Shown here: in pieces, positions 6,285-14,660 of the stretch | Numbering within the stretch: the stretch's first letter is position 1 | Layout: every line of letters begins with the position of its first letter | Source: an uncultured Vicinamibacteraceae bacterium | Lineage (GTDB): Bacteria; Acidobacteriota; Vicinamibacteria; Vicinamibacterales; UBA8438 | NCBI GenBank assembly: GCA_964569405.1 | Contig: CAZMWA010000240.1 | Location: 1 to 32,000, forward strand | Length of the DNA: 32,000 nt | Direction: 5' to 3' | Position numbers and translations under genes: made by a program | Notes under the pieces: model-generated | The model's database searches: none | What the model was told of the DNA's origin: nothing | Seen by the model: only the letters and a program-made list of their open reading frames with translations

Positions 6285-8632
6285 TCGAGAAGCTGCTGCT
6301 GTCGGTGGAACGGCCGGGTGATTTCTGCACCCACGGCAGGTTGCTCGCGCCCATGCCGCGGCTGGAGGTGGAGGGCGCGGGCGCCTTGTCCTTCCCGGTC
6401 CCCGAGGCGCAGGTGCGGGCCTTGATCGCGGCCGCGGAGCGCGCGGCGTACGGCAAGGGGACGGAGACCCTGGTCGACCGGTCGGTGCGCGACTGCTGGC
6501 AGATCGACCCGGACCGGGTGCGGCTGGCGGGCGCCGCCTGGCCGCGGACGTTCGCCGACCTCCTCGGCTCGGCGGCGGCCGGGCTCGGCTGCCCGCCGGA
6601 CCGGCTGGACGCGCAACTCCACAAGCTGCTGATCTACGAGCCGGGCGGCTTCTTCGCGGCGCACCGCGACACCGAGAAGGCCGACGGCATGATTGCCACG
6701 CTGTCCATCTCGCTGCCGGTCGCGGGCGCCGGCGGCGAGCTGGTCGTCCGCCACGGCGATCGCGAGCGCGTCGTCGACATGACCGCGGGCGAGCCGTCCG
6801 AGCTGGCGTTCGCGGCGTTCTACGCCGACTGCACCCACGAGGTCAGGCCGGTGACCGCAGGTCATCGCCTGTCGCTCGTGTTCAATCTGTGCCTGCGCCC
6901 CGGCGACGACGACACGCCGCGCGCTGCCCCGGACTACACCGCCACGGTCGATCGGCTCGCGCAGCGGCTGGCCGAGTGGGGCCGCGCCGGGGACGCGACC
7001 GAGAAGCTGGTCTGGCTGCTCGATCACGGGTACAGCGAGGCGGGGTTGTCCTTCGACACGCTGAAGAACGGCGATGCCGCGGTGGCGCGCGTCCTGGCGC
7101 TGGCCGCCGAACGCGCCGAGTGCGAGCTGTACGCGGCCCTCGTTCACATCGAGGAATACGGTACCGGGGAGTTTGCCGGCTCTCCCGACGGCTGGGGTTG
7201 GGACGGGGACGACGACGCCGACTGGGAGATGGGAGACGTGGACGACAGCCAGCAGTGGCTGGACGGCTGGGTACAGCCGGACGGCGAACAGCCGCCGTTC
7301 GGCAAGGTCGAGCTGCAGCCGGAGGAGCTGCTTCCGCGCGGCGCGCTCGACGACGTGCCGCCGGACGACCAGTGGGTGCACGAAGCGTCCGGCAACGCCG
7401 GGGTGAGCGTCGAGCGCGCCTACCGGCGCACGGCTCTCGTGGTGTGGCCGCGGTCCCGGACGCTGGCGATCCTGGGGCGTGCGGACATCGCCGGGGCCGT
7501 CGCGTGGGTGGCGTCCGGGCTCGACCGGAACGCGGAAGACACCGAAGCCCCGGATGCATCGGACGAACGGGTTCGGAAGCTCACCGCCCGGTTGATCGAC
7601 GCCTGGCCCACCGGCCGCCACGACGAGGACGCGCAGGGCCGCTCCGCCATGCTGCGCCTGCTGCGCACGACCAGGGACGAGGATCAGGCCGAACGCTTCC
7701 TGCAGGAGGTCGTCCTCCCGCGCTACGACGGCAGCGAGAACGAGGCCCTGGCCGTCGTCGTGGACATGATCGGACCCTCCGCCGCCCGGCGCTTCCTGCT
7801 CGACCTGGTCGGTGCGCATCTCCGGCGGCGGCCGACGGACTCGCTGGCGCTCCTCCGGTGCCTCGCCGAGACGCGCGACGAAGCCGCGGGCTCGGCCTGG
7901 GCCGACGCGTTGCGGGACACCGTCCGCACGGTCCTGCTGGCCTTGCCCGCGGCGTTGCCACCCGAGCCGGAGCCGAGGATCTTCGTGCCGACCGCCCAGC
8001 GGCCGGCACGGTTCGGCGACGAGGCCGTCGACGACCTCTTCACGCTCGCGTGGCGCCTCGGGTTGGCGGCCGAGGCCGCAACGGCCGCCGACGCTGTCAC
8101 CGCCCAGCCGGCCATCGTCACGCCGGACCGGACGCTGCCCGCGGCGCTCGACAGACTCCTTGCCGAGGAGGGCGCGGCTGGCGGCGCCGCGTTCGCGCTG
8201 CTGTGGCGCCACGCGGCGGACTTCCTGCTGGCGCGCAGCGAGAAGCACCCCGAGGAACCCAGCGACTGGACCATCGCGGCCGACGTGGGTTGCCGGTGCG
8301 AGCACTGCCGGCGGCTCAGCGCCTTCTGCAAGGACCCTGTCGCCCAGGTGGCGCGCTATCCGCTGCGCCAGGACCTGCGCGCCCATCTGCACCAGGTCAT
8401 CGACCGCCGCGGCCTCGACATCGAGCACGTGACGGAACGCCGCGGCCGGCCGTATACCCTCGTATGCACCAAGACCCGCGCGAGCCACGGGCGGCGACTG
8501 GCCGAGTATGCCGAGGACATCTCGTGCATGCGCAGATTGATCCGCGCGGCGCCGGCTGGCGAGCAGGCTGCAGGTTGCGCGGCCGATCTCGCACGGCTGC
8601 GCGAGGCGGTGGCGGCAGGCGAACCCACGTGA
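6272..8632 (+). CDS. Large multidomain protein with an N-terminal prolyl-4-hydroxylase/PiuC-like 2OG-Fe(II) dioxygenase domain and ~550 aa of uncharacterised C-terminal region
   Basis: 786 aa from the ATG at 6272. The motif set is LLIYEPGGFFAAHRDTEK (HxD), GGELVV, CTHEVRPVTAGHRLSLVFNL (distal His plus Arg). An acidic Trp/Asp-rich linker follows (DGWGWDGDDDADWEMGDVDD), then a helical region, then a C-terminal Cys cluster GCRCEHCRRLSAFC. Confidence 0.75.
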   Translation: MENAIEKLLLSVERPGDFCTHGRLLAPMPRLEVEGAGALSFPVPEAQVRALIAAAERAAYGKGTETLVDRSVRDCWQIDPDRVRLAGAAWPRTFADLLGSAAAGLGCPPDRLDAQLHKLLIYEPGGFFAAHRDTEKADGMIATLSISLPVAGAGGELVVRHGDRERVVDMTAGEPSELAFAAFYADCTHEVRPVTAGHRLSLVFNLCLRPGDDDTPRAAPDYTATVDRLAQRLAEWGRAGDATEKLVWLLDHGYSEAGLSFDTLKNGDAAVARVLALAAERAECELYAALVHIEEYGTGEFAGSPDGWGWDGDDDADWEMGDVDDSQQWLDGWVQPDGEQPPFGKVELQPEELLPRGALDDVPPDDQWVHEASGNAGVSVERAYRRTALVVWPRSRTLAILGRADIAGAVAWVASGLDRNAEDTEAPDASDERVRKLTARLIDAWPTGRHDEDAQGRSAMLRLLRTTRDEDQAERFLQEVVLPRYDGSENEALAVVVDMIGPSAARRFLLDLVGAHLRRRPTDSLALLRCLAETRDEAAGSAWADALRDTVRTVLLALPAALPPEPEPRIFVPTAQRPARFGDEAVDDLFTLAWRLGLAAEAATAADAVTAQPAIVTPDRTLPAALDRLLAEEGAAGGAAFALLWRHAADFLLARSEKHPEEPSDWTIAADVGCRCEHCRRLSAFCKDPVAQVARYPLRQDLRAHLHQVIDRRGLDIEHVTERRGRPYTLVCTKTRASHGRRLAEYAEDISCMRRLIRAAPAGEQAAGCAADLARLREAVAAGEPT

Positions 8633-8717
8633 GCTTCAATCGGACGGGGCTGCGCCCCGAACCCCGGCGTCCGCTTGCGGGAACCCCTGCGCCCCGCGCC
8701 GCTCCCGCCGAGGCGCG
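8633..8717 (+). repeat. REP-like intergenic element, copy A
   Basis: gcttcaatcggacggggctgcgccccgaaccccggcgtccgcttgcggg... starts immediately after the stop codon at 8630-8632. It is nearly identical to 14501-14586, and its first ~55 nt match 23306-23360. Confidence 0.85.
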
Positions 8718-8719
8718 GC

Positions 8720-9982
8720 CTACGTCGACCGGCCGCGCGCGGCGATCTCCCAGACGGCCTCGACGATGCCGTTGCGGACGGCGTACATCTGGTCGTAGAG
8801 GTTCACGACGGGGTCGCAGTGCGAGACGATCAGCTCCAGCTTGTCGCCGACGGCGTAGGTGCGGCTGGCGTCGGCCTCGTAGCGGAGCGTGCCGAACTCG
8901 TCGGAGCCGGACGTGTAGCTCATGCCGGTCTCGCCCTTGACGCGCGACCACGGACGGTTGATGGTGCAGGCCTTGGCGCCCGCGTCGGTCGTCGCGCGGC
9001 CGGCGTACTGCGCGTTGAGCACGGTGGTGAGGATCGTCAGGGCCGGCCGGAAGTCGGTGTAGACGTCCGGGTCGTCCGCGCCACCGATGTCGAGGTACTG
9101 CGCGTCCATGAAGACGTAGCTCCCGACCTGCACGTCGGTGAAGCCGGGCGTCTGGTGGTCGATGTTGTAGGTGCCGGTCCCGCCGCCGCTGAAGATCTCC
9201 GTGCTCAGGCCCGACCGCTGCATCCGCTCCCGGGTCTCCGCGGCCGCCGCCAGCCGCTCCAGCGTCTGGGCCTGCCGCGCCTCGAAGCCCTTGACGTGCT
9301 GCGAGCCGCCGTCGTAGCAGAGCAGGCCCCGCAGCCGCAGGCCGGGCAGCCGGTCGACGAGCCGGGCCAGCTCGAGGGCCGGCGCGCCCGGGGTGATGCC
9401 GGTGCGGTGCCCGCCGGGATCGACGTCGACGACGACGTCCGCCACCACGCCGGCCGCCTGGGCCGCCGCGGACAGGTCCCGGGCGTTGTCGGCCGTGTCG
9501 GTCGTCTGGATGAACTCGTCGCACCGCTGCCGCAGGCTCATCGCCCGCCGGATCTTGAGCGGGGTGACGTTGCAGGTCGTCAGCAGCAGCTTCTCGATGC
9601 CGTGCTCGAAGAGCACCTGCGCCTCGCTCACCTTGGCCACGCAGATGCCGACCGAGCCGGTCTCGAGCTGCATGCGGGCAATGGCGGGACACTTGTGCGT
9701 CTTGGCGTGCGGGCGGCTCGCGATCCCGTTGCGCGCCACGGTGCGCTGCATCGTGGCGAGGTTGGCCTCGAGGGCGTCGAGGTCGACCACGAGCGCGGGG
9801 GTGTCGAGGTCCCACAGGGACACGCCCAGCGGGGTCGGCTCGCCCCCGGCCTGCTCCGCGCGGCGGGTCATCTCCGGCCCCGTGTAGCCGTGGACGTTCC
9901 AGGGGATCCAGACGGCGGCGCCCGCGCCGGCGCCGGTGCCGGCCGCCTGCAGGAAGTCGCGACGCGAGGGAGGCATGGTCAT
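8720..9982 (-). CDS. DSD1-family PLP enzyme (D-serine deaminase / D-threonine aldolase-like, alanine-racemase N-terminal fold) with a Tat signal
   Basis: 420 aa from the ATG at 9982. The twin-arginine motif is MTMPPSRRDFLQAAGTGAG. The PLP-lysine motif is RPHAKTHKC. The family-typical C-terminal end is LELIVSHCDPVVNLYD. Confidence 0.75.
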   Translation of the reverse strand: MTMPPSRRDFLQAAGTGAGAGAAVWIPWNVHGYTGPEMTRRAEQAGGEPTPLGVSLWDLDTPALVVDLDALEANLATMQRTVARNGIASRPHAKTHKCPAIARMQLETGSVGICVAKVSEAQVLFEHGIEKLLLTTCNVTPLKIRRAMSLRQRCDEFIQTTDTADNARDLSAAAQAAGVVADVVVDVDPGGHRTGITPGAPALELARLVDRLPGLRLRGLLCYDGGSQHVKGFEARQAQTLERLAAAAETRERMQRSGLSTEIFSGGGTGTYNIDHQTPGFTDVQVGSYVFMDAQYLDIGGADDPDVYTDFRPALTILTTVLNAQYAGRATTDAGAKACTINRPWSRVKGETGMSYTSGSDEFGTLRYEADASRTYAVGDKLELIVSHCDPVVNLYDQMYAVRNGIVEAVWEIAARGRST

Positions 9983-9993
9983 GGCGCTGTTCT

Positions 9994-10755
9994 TCAGAGC
10001 GGCTCCACTGTCACGTCGCTGATCACCACCGTCGAGAGCAGGCGCATGCTCTCGGCGACGTACTCCGGGGTCAGCGTGTCGACCGGCACCTTGCCGCCGT
10101 CGACGGCGTAGTTCTCCTGGTCGGAGAAGAGCACGCCGCCGACCCGCTGGAACGACGTCGCCTTGCGGAACCGGAGGCCGTTGTCGAAGTCGTAGCCAAA
10201 CTGCTCGACGCGGCCGGTCTCGGGATCGAACCAGAACGTGTAGGCGTCGTCGGCGTCGTTGCTGGTCCCGGGCGTGAAGGTCACCTTCATGCGCTGCAGC
10301 TCGCGGCCGTCCCAGGTCTCGAGACCCCGGTCCTCGAAGTGGATGTCGCCGCCTTTCAGCGTGTACGGCAGCAGCGGAAAGAAGACGCGGGCGTCGGCGA
10401 ACGCCCGGGCGCGCCGCTCGCCCTCGGCGTCGAGCGCCACCGCCGCGCCGCCGAGCCATTCCTGCACGCCCTCGTTGGTGAGCTCGACCCGCCGCTCCGG
10501 GCGGCCGTCGCGGGCCGGATCCGTCACCACGTGCTCGAACTCGCCCCCGTCGCGGGTCGCGTCGATGCGGAAGCTGCCCGACAGCGACGTGATGGTCATC
10601 GAGATCTGCGACCCCTCGTACAGATCGCCCCCGTGGTGCTCGATGGCGCGCGCCACGATCTTGGGCAGGTCGGGATCGGCCGATGACGTCCCGCAGGCCG
10701 CCGAGGCGGCGAGGGCGGCGACCACTGTCCACAGGGCGAGTTGACGTGCAGGCAT
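9994..10755 (-). CDS. Hypothetical lipoprotein
   Basis: 253 aa from the ATG at 10755. The signal peptide with lipobox is MPARQLALWTVVAALAASAAC. The gene ends 11 nt upstream of the DSD1-like gene, which suggests an operon. No family was assigned with certainty. Confidence 0.6.
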   Translation of the reverse strand: MPARQLALWTVVAALAASAACGTSSADPDLPKIVARAIEHHGGDLYEGSQISMTITSLSGSFRIDATRDGGEFEHVVTDPARDGRPERRVELTNEGVQEWLGGAAVALDAEGERRARAFADARVFFPLLPYTLKGGDIHFEDRGLETWDGRELQRMKVTFTPGTSNDADDAYTFWFDPETGRVEQFGYDFDNGLRFRKATSFQRVGGVLFSDQENYAVDGGKVPVDTLTPEYVAESMRLLSTVVISDVTVEPL

Positions 10756-10928
10756 CTTCAGTACTCCCCGGCCCGGGCGGGCCGTCTGCGTTCCGCCTGA
10801 CAGTTTAACGCGGCGCGCCGGCCGTGCCGGCCGATCTTTGCGGGCCTTCTTCGGCGCTCGCGCGCGGAGCGGCACAAGAGGGTGCGGAGCCGCGCGGTTC
10901 CCTGAGCCCGCCTGCGATAATCGTGGAC

Positions 10929-11873
10929 ATGAGCAATCGCGTGCGGGTCTTCGCCCCGGCCACGGCTTCGAACCTGGGGCCCGGCTTCGACGTGCTGGGT
11001 CTGGCGCTCGAACGGCCCGGCGACGTGGTCGAGGCCGAGGTTCGGGACCAGCCCGGCGTCGAGATCGTGGAGGTCACGGGCGCAGACTCGCTGAGCACGG
11101 ACCCGCGCGAGAACGTGGTGGGCATCGCGGCGAGCGCGGCGCTCGAGCACCTGCAGGCGACGGACCGCGGCGTGCGGCTGTGGCTGCACAAGCGGATGCC
11201 GCTCGGCAGCGGCCTCGGCAGCTCGGCGGCCAGCAGCGTGGCCGGCGCGGCGGCGGTGAACGCGCTGTACGGCGGCGCGCTGCCGGACGAGGCGCTCGTC
11301 GGCTGCGGCCTGCGCGGCGAGGCGGCGGCGTCGGGCGCCCCGCATCCGGACAACGTCGCGCCCTGCGTCCTCGGCGGCATCGTCCTGATGCGCGGGCGCG
11401 ACCCGCTCGACCTGATCCGGCTGCCGGTGCCCGCGCCGCTGCGCGTCGTGGTCGTCCACCCGCACGTCGAGGTGCTCACGGCCGCCGCGCGGCGCCTGGT
11501 GGCGGAGCGCCGCTTCGCCATCGGTCAGGCCGTCGCCAACCTCGGCAACATCGCCGCCTTCGTCCACGCGCTCCACACCGGCGACCTCGAGCTGCTCGGC
11601 CGCAGCATCGACGATGCGCTCGTCGAGCCGATCCGGGCGCCGCTCGTGCCGGGCTTCGCCGCGGTGAAGCAGGCGGCGCTCGACGCCGGCGCCCTCGGCT
11701 GCTCGATCTCCGGATCGGGTCCATCGGTCTTCGCCTTCGCCGCATCGGACGCACGGGCGGATGCGGCAGCGGCGGCCATGGAGGCGGCATTCGCGGCGGC
11801 GGGACTGGAGAGCGACCGCTACGTCGGACCGGTCAATACCACCGGCGCCGGCAGCGGGGCAGCCGGATCGTGA
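10929..11873 (+). CDS. thrB: Homoserine kinase
   Basis: 314 aa. VRVFAPATASNLGPGFDVLGLAL and the GHMP-kinase motif PLGSGLGSSAAS match ThrB. Confidence 0.9.
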   Translation: MSNRVRVFAPATASNLGPGFDVLGLALERPGDVVEAEVRDQPGVEIVEVTGADSLSTDPRENVVGIAASAALEHLQATDRGVRLWLHKRMPLGSGLGSSAASSVAGAAAVNALYGGALPDEALVGCGLRGEAAASGAPHPDNVAPCVLGGIVLMRGRDPLDLIRLPVPAPLRVVVVHPHVEVLTAAARRLVAERRFAIGQAVANLGNIAAFVHALHTGDLELLGRSIDDALVEPIRAPLVPGFAAVKQAALDAGALGCSISGSGPSVFAFAASDARADAAAAAMEAAFAAAGLESDRYVGPVNTTGAGSGAAGS

Positions 11874-12937
11874 GGGTCCGGCGTGTCCGCCTTCGAACGG
11901 CCCGCGAGGCCGTGCTTGCGGAGCAGGCCGCGGCACTGGTCGTAGCTCAAGCGCAGATGGCGCGCCGTCCGGCGCTGGTTGCCGCCGTTGGCGGCGAGCG
12001 CTGCGCGCAGCAGGGTCTTCTCCACTGCGGCGACATGCTTGGTGAAGTCGTAGCTGCCGCGCGGGGCGGCCGCGACCTCCGGCGGCGCGCCCGGGGTGCC
12101 GGCAGCGCCCGGCTGGGAAGCGGGCGCCGACCGGGGCGCCGGCCGGTAGGGTGAGTCGAACGGGTCGAGACACACGTCGCCGACGGGTCCGACGCCGGGC
12201 CCGGTGGCGACGTGGCGATAGACCGAGCGTTCGACCGCGTTCTTCAGCTCGCGCACGTTGCCCGGCCAGTCCCAGGCCGACAGCCGCGCCAGCGCCTCCG
12301 GCGCGAACCCGTGGAACGGGGCTCCCAGCTCGAGCGCGATGCCCTGGCCGAAGTGCGCGGCGAGGACGGGGATGTCGGACCGGCGGGCGCGCAGCGGCGG
12401 CACGGTCACCACGTCGAACGCCAGGCGGTCGAGCAGGTCCGCCCGGAACCGCCCCGTGGCGGTGAGCGACGGCAGGTCGACGTTGGTCGCGCTGACGACC
12501 CGCACGTCGCTGGTCAGCGTCTCGCCGCCGCCGAGCCGTTCGTATTCGCCGTACTCGATGACGCGCAGGATCTTCTCCTGGGTCCGCGACGACGCCGCGG
12601 CGATCTCGTCGAGAAACAGCGTGCCGCCGTCGGCGCGCTCGAACCGCCCGACGTGGCGCTTCACCGCCCCGGTGAACGCGCCGGGCTCGTGGCCGAACAG
12701 CTCGCTCTCGAGCAGATCGTCGGACAACGCCGCGCAGTTCAGCTTCAGGAAGGCGCGGTCCCAGCGGCGGGAGAGAAAGTGGACCCGCGCCGCGATCAGC
12801 TCCTTGCCGACCCCGCGCTCGCCGATGACGAGCAGCGGCCGGTCGAGCGGGGCCGCCGCCGACACGTGGGCGAGCGTGTCGAGGAGCGCGGCCGCTTCGC
12901 CGATCAGGGGCGGCGCAGCCGCTTCGGGCGCGGTCAT
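11819..12937 (-). CDS. pspF: Sigma-54-dependent activator PspF (AAA+ domain plus Fis-type HTH, no receiver domain)
   Basis: 372 aa. It has Walker A GERGVGKE, the GAFTGA loop (EPGAFTGA), WPGNVRELKN and a C-terminal HTH NQRRTARHLRLSYDQCRGLLRKHGL. It is divergent from pspA. Confidence 0.9.
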   Translation of the reverse strand: MTAPEAAAPPLIGEAAALLDTLAHVSAAAPLDRPLLVIGERGVGKELIAARVHFLSRRWDRAFLKLNCAALSDDLLESELFGHEPGAFTGAVKRHVGRFERADGGTLFLDEIAAASSRTQEKILRVIEYGEYERLGGGETLTSDVRVVSATNVDLPSLTATGRFRADLLDRLAFDVVTVPPLRARRSDIPVLAAHFGQGIALELGAPFHGFAPEALARLSAWDWPGNVRELKNAVERSVYRHVATGPGVGPVGDVCLDPFDSPYRPAPRSAPASQPGAAGTPGAPPEVAAAPRGSYDFTKHVAAVEKTLLRAALAANGGNQRRTARHLRLSYDQCRGLLRKHGLAGRSKADTPDPHDPAAPLPAPVVLTGPT

Positions 12938-13077
12938 GTGTGGTCCAATATACTATTTTCAGATGGTCATATTCACCATAGGAGTGGTGTTCTGGACCGT
13001 TTTGGATGGCAGGCGGACCTTGTGGAATGCGCGGATCTCGTTGCCCGTCAACGACTTGGTGCTCGTCGTCGAAAACC

Positions 13078-13093
13078 TGGCACGTCCATTGCT
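13078..13093 (+). promoter_or_regulatory. Sigma-54 (-24/-12) promoter of pspABC
   Basis: cTGGCACGtccaTTGCt matches YTGGCACG-N4-TTGCW. It is followed by the RBS aaaggaga and the pspA ATG at 13121. Confidence 0.85.
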
Positions 13094-13120
13094 AAAGAGC
13101 ATGGTGAAAGGAGAATCAGC

Positions 13121-13780
13121 ATGGGCGTTTTTTCCCGACTTTCCGACATCATCAACTCGAACATCAATGCGCTCCTCGATCGGGCCGAGGACCCGGAGAA
13201 GATCGTGCGCCTGATCATTCAGGAGATGGAGGACACGCTGGTCGAAGTGCGCACCAGCGCGGCCCGCGCCATCGCCGACAAGAAGGAGATCACGCGCAAG
13301 CTGCAGGGCTTCGAGGCGCGGCGCGACGAGTGGGCCGCCAAGGCCGAGCTCGCCGTGCAGAAGGGCCGGGACGACCTCGCCAAGGGCGCGCTCGCGGCCC
13401 GGCGCAAGGCCGGCGAGATGGTGGAGCTCCTCACCCGGGAGGTCGCCCTCGTCGAGGAGAGCGTCGCCAAGGCCAATGCCGACCTCGAGCAGCTCCAGGC
13501 CAAGCTGAAGGAGGCCAAGGCGAAGCAGAAGGCCCTGGAGCTGCGGCGGCAGACCGCGTCGGAGCGCGTGCGCGTCAACCGCCACCTCCACGACGGGCGC
13601 ATCGACGACGCGCTCGCCCGCTACGATCGGTTCGAGCGCCGCATCGACGAGCTCGAGGCCGAGGCGGAATCCTACGCCGTCGGGCGCCGGAAGACGCTCT
13701 CCGAGCAGTTTGCCGAGCTCGAATCCGAGGAATCGCTCGACGCGGAGCTGGCGGAGCTCAAGAAGCGGATTTCCGCCTGA
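13121..13780 (+). CDS. pspA: Phage shock protein A
   Basis: 219 aa. MGVFSRLSDIINSNINALLDRAEDPEKIVRLIIQEMEDTLVEVR is the canonical PspA/IM30 N-terminus, followed by a long coiled coil. Confidence 0.95.
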   Translation: MGVFSRLSDIINSNINALLDRAEDPEKIVRLIIQEMEDTLVEVRTSAARAIADKKEITRKLQGFEARRDEWAAKAELAVQKGRDDLAKGALAARRKAGEMVELLTREVALVEESVAKANADLEQLQAKLKEAKAKQKALELRRQTASERVRVNRHLHDGRIDDALARYDRFERRIDELEAEAESYAVGRRKTLSEQFAELESEESLDAELAELKKRISA

Positions 13781-13795
13781 GGAAGGAAGGCCGGC

Positions 13796-14032
13796 ATGCC
13801 CGAAGCGGGAGTGTTCGTCCTGGCGATTATCGCCCTCACGGTCGTTGCGCCGATCGCCATCGTCATGCACTACATCACCGTGTGGCGCAGGATGAGGACG
13901 CTGTCCACGGACGACGAGCGGTTGCTGGACGATCTCTGGAAGACGGCGCGCGGGCTCGAGCGGCGCGTGGAGGCGCTCGAGACCATCCTCGACAAGGATG
14001 CGCCGGACTGGCGGGAGCGACATGGGTACTGA
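13796..14032 (+). CDS. pspB: Phage shock protein B
   Basis: 78 aa with a single transmembrane segment, then LSTDDERLLDDLWKTARGLERRVEALETILDKDAPDWR. This is PspB-like and sits in the pspA-B-C order. Confidence 0.85.
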   Translation: MPEAGVFVLAIIALTVVAPIAIVMHYITVWRRMRTLSTDDERLLDDLWKTARGLERRVEALETILDKDAPDWRERHGY

Positions 14033-14495
14033 CCATCACCACCACCATCATCACCATCACCACTATCACGAGGACGTGGGGCGCGCCGATCGCCCCTCGC
14101 CCAACCCGCACCGCCTGACCCGCAGCCGGACGAATCGCATCCTGTGCGGGGTCTGCGGCGGCATCGCGGAGTACTTCGGGTGGAAGCCGTTGCACGTCCG
14201 TCTCCTGGCGGTGCTCGGCTTCATCCTGTTCCAGCCGGCGACGATCGTCGCCTACATCGTGGGGTGTTTCGTGATGAAGCGCGCGCCGATCGGCGCGCGC
14301 GGGGGCGGGGCGACCGATGTGGACGAGCAGTTCTGGCGCGACGTGTCGACCCGCCCCAGCGAGACCTTCTCGCGGCTGAAGCACACGTTCCGCGGCCTCG
14401 AGGAACGCATCGGGAGAATGGAGCGCGCCGTGACCACTGAGGATTACCGCCTCAAGCGCGCCTTCCGCGAGATCGAGGACCAGCCCGGGAGGTAG
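14022..14495 (+). CDS. pspC: Phage shock protein C with an N-terminal His10 tract
   Basis: The PspC domain is RLTRSRTNRILCGVCGGIAEYFGWKPLHVRLLAVLGFIL. The ATG at 14022 overlaps the pspB end, and an alternative GTG lies at 13998. Codons 14034-14063 encode ten consecutive His residues. Confidence 0.85.
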   Translation: MGTDHHHHHHHHHHYHEDVGRADRPSPNPHRLTRSRTNRILCGVCGGIAEYFGWKPLHVRLLAVLGFILFQPATIVAYIVGCFVMKRAPIGARGGGATDVDEQFWRDVSTRPSETFSRLKHTFRGLEERIGRMERAVTTEDYRLKRAFREIEDQPGR

Positions 14496-14500
14496 GGCTG

Positions 14501-14586
14501 GCTTCAATCGGACGGGGCTGCGCCCCGAGCCCCCGGCGTCCGCTTGCGGGGACCCCCTCGCCCCGCGCCGCTGCCGCCGAGGCGCG
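14501..14586 (+). repeat. REP-like intergenic element, copy B
   Basis: Starts 5 nt after the pspC stop. It is nearly identical to copy A over about 85 nt. Confidence 0.85.
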
Positions 14587-14660
14587 CCGTGCGCGCCTTC
14601 GCGTGCTACCATCGCCCGCGGTTGGCGCGACGCCGCCCTGACGGCAACCCCGGCGCACGA

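Noticed and set aside
8720-10732. Track ORF read as a single 670-aa protein
   Set aside because: Family similarity and the Tat signal begin at the ATG at 9982. The upstream in-frame extension overlaps the lipoprotein gene (9994-10755), which is in another frame and has its own signal peptide.
14544-14660. AddB-like ORF start at 14544 as given by the track
   Set aside because: The first ~15 codons lie inside REP-like copy B, whose sequence recurs in non-coding contexts at 8633 and 23306. A downstream start (GTG 14589 or TTG 14661) is more plausible.
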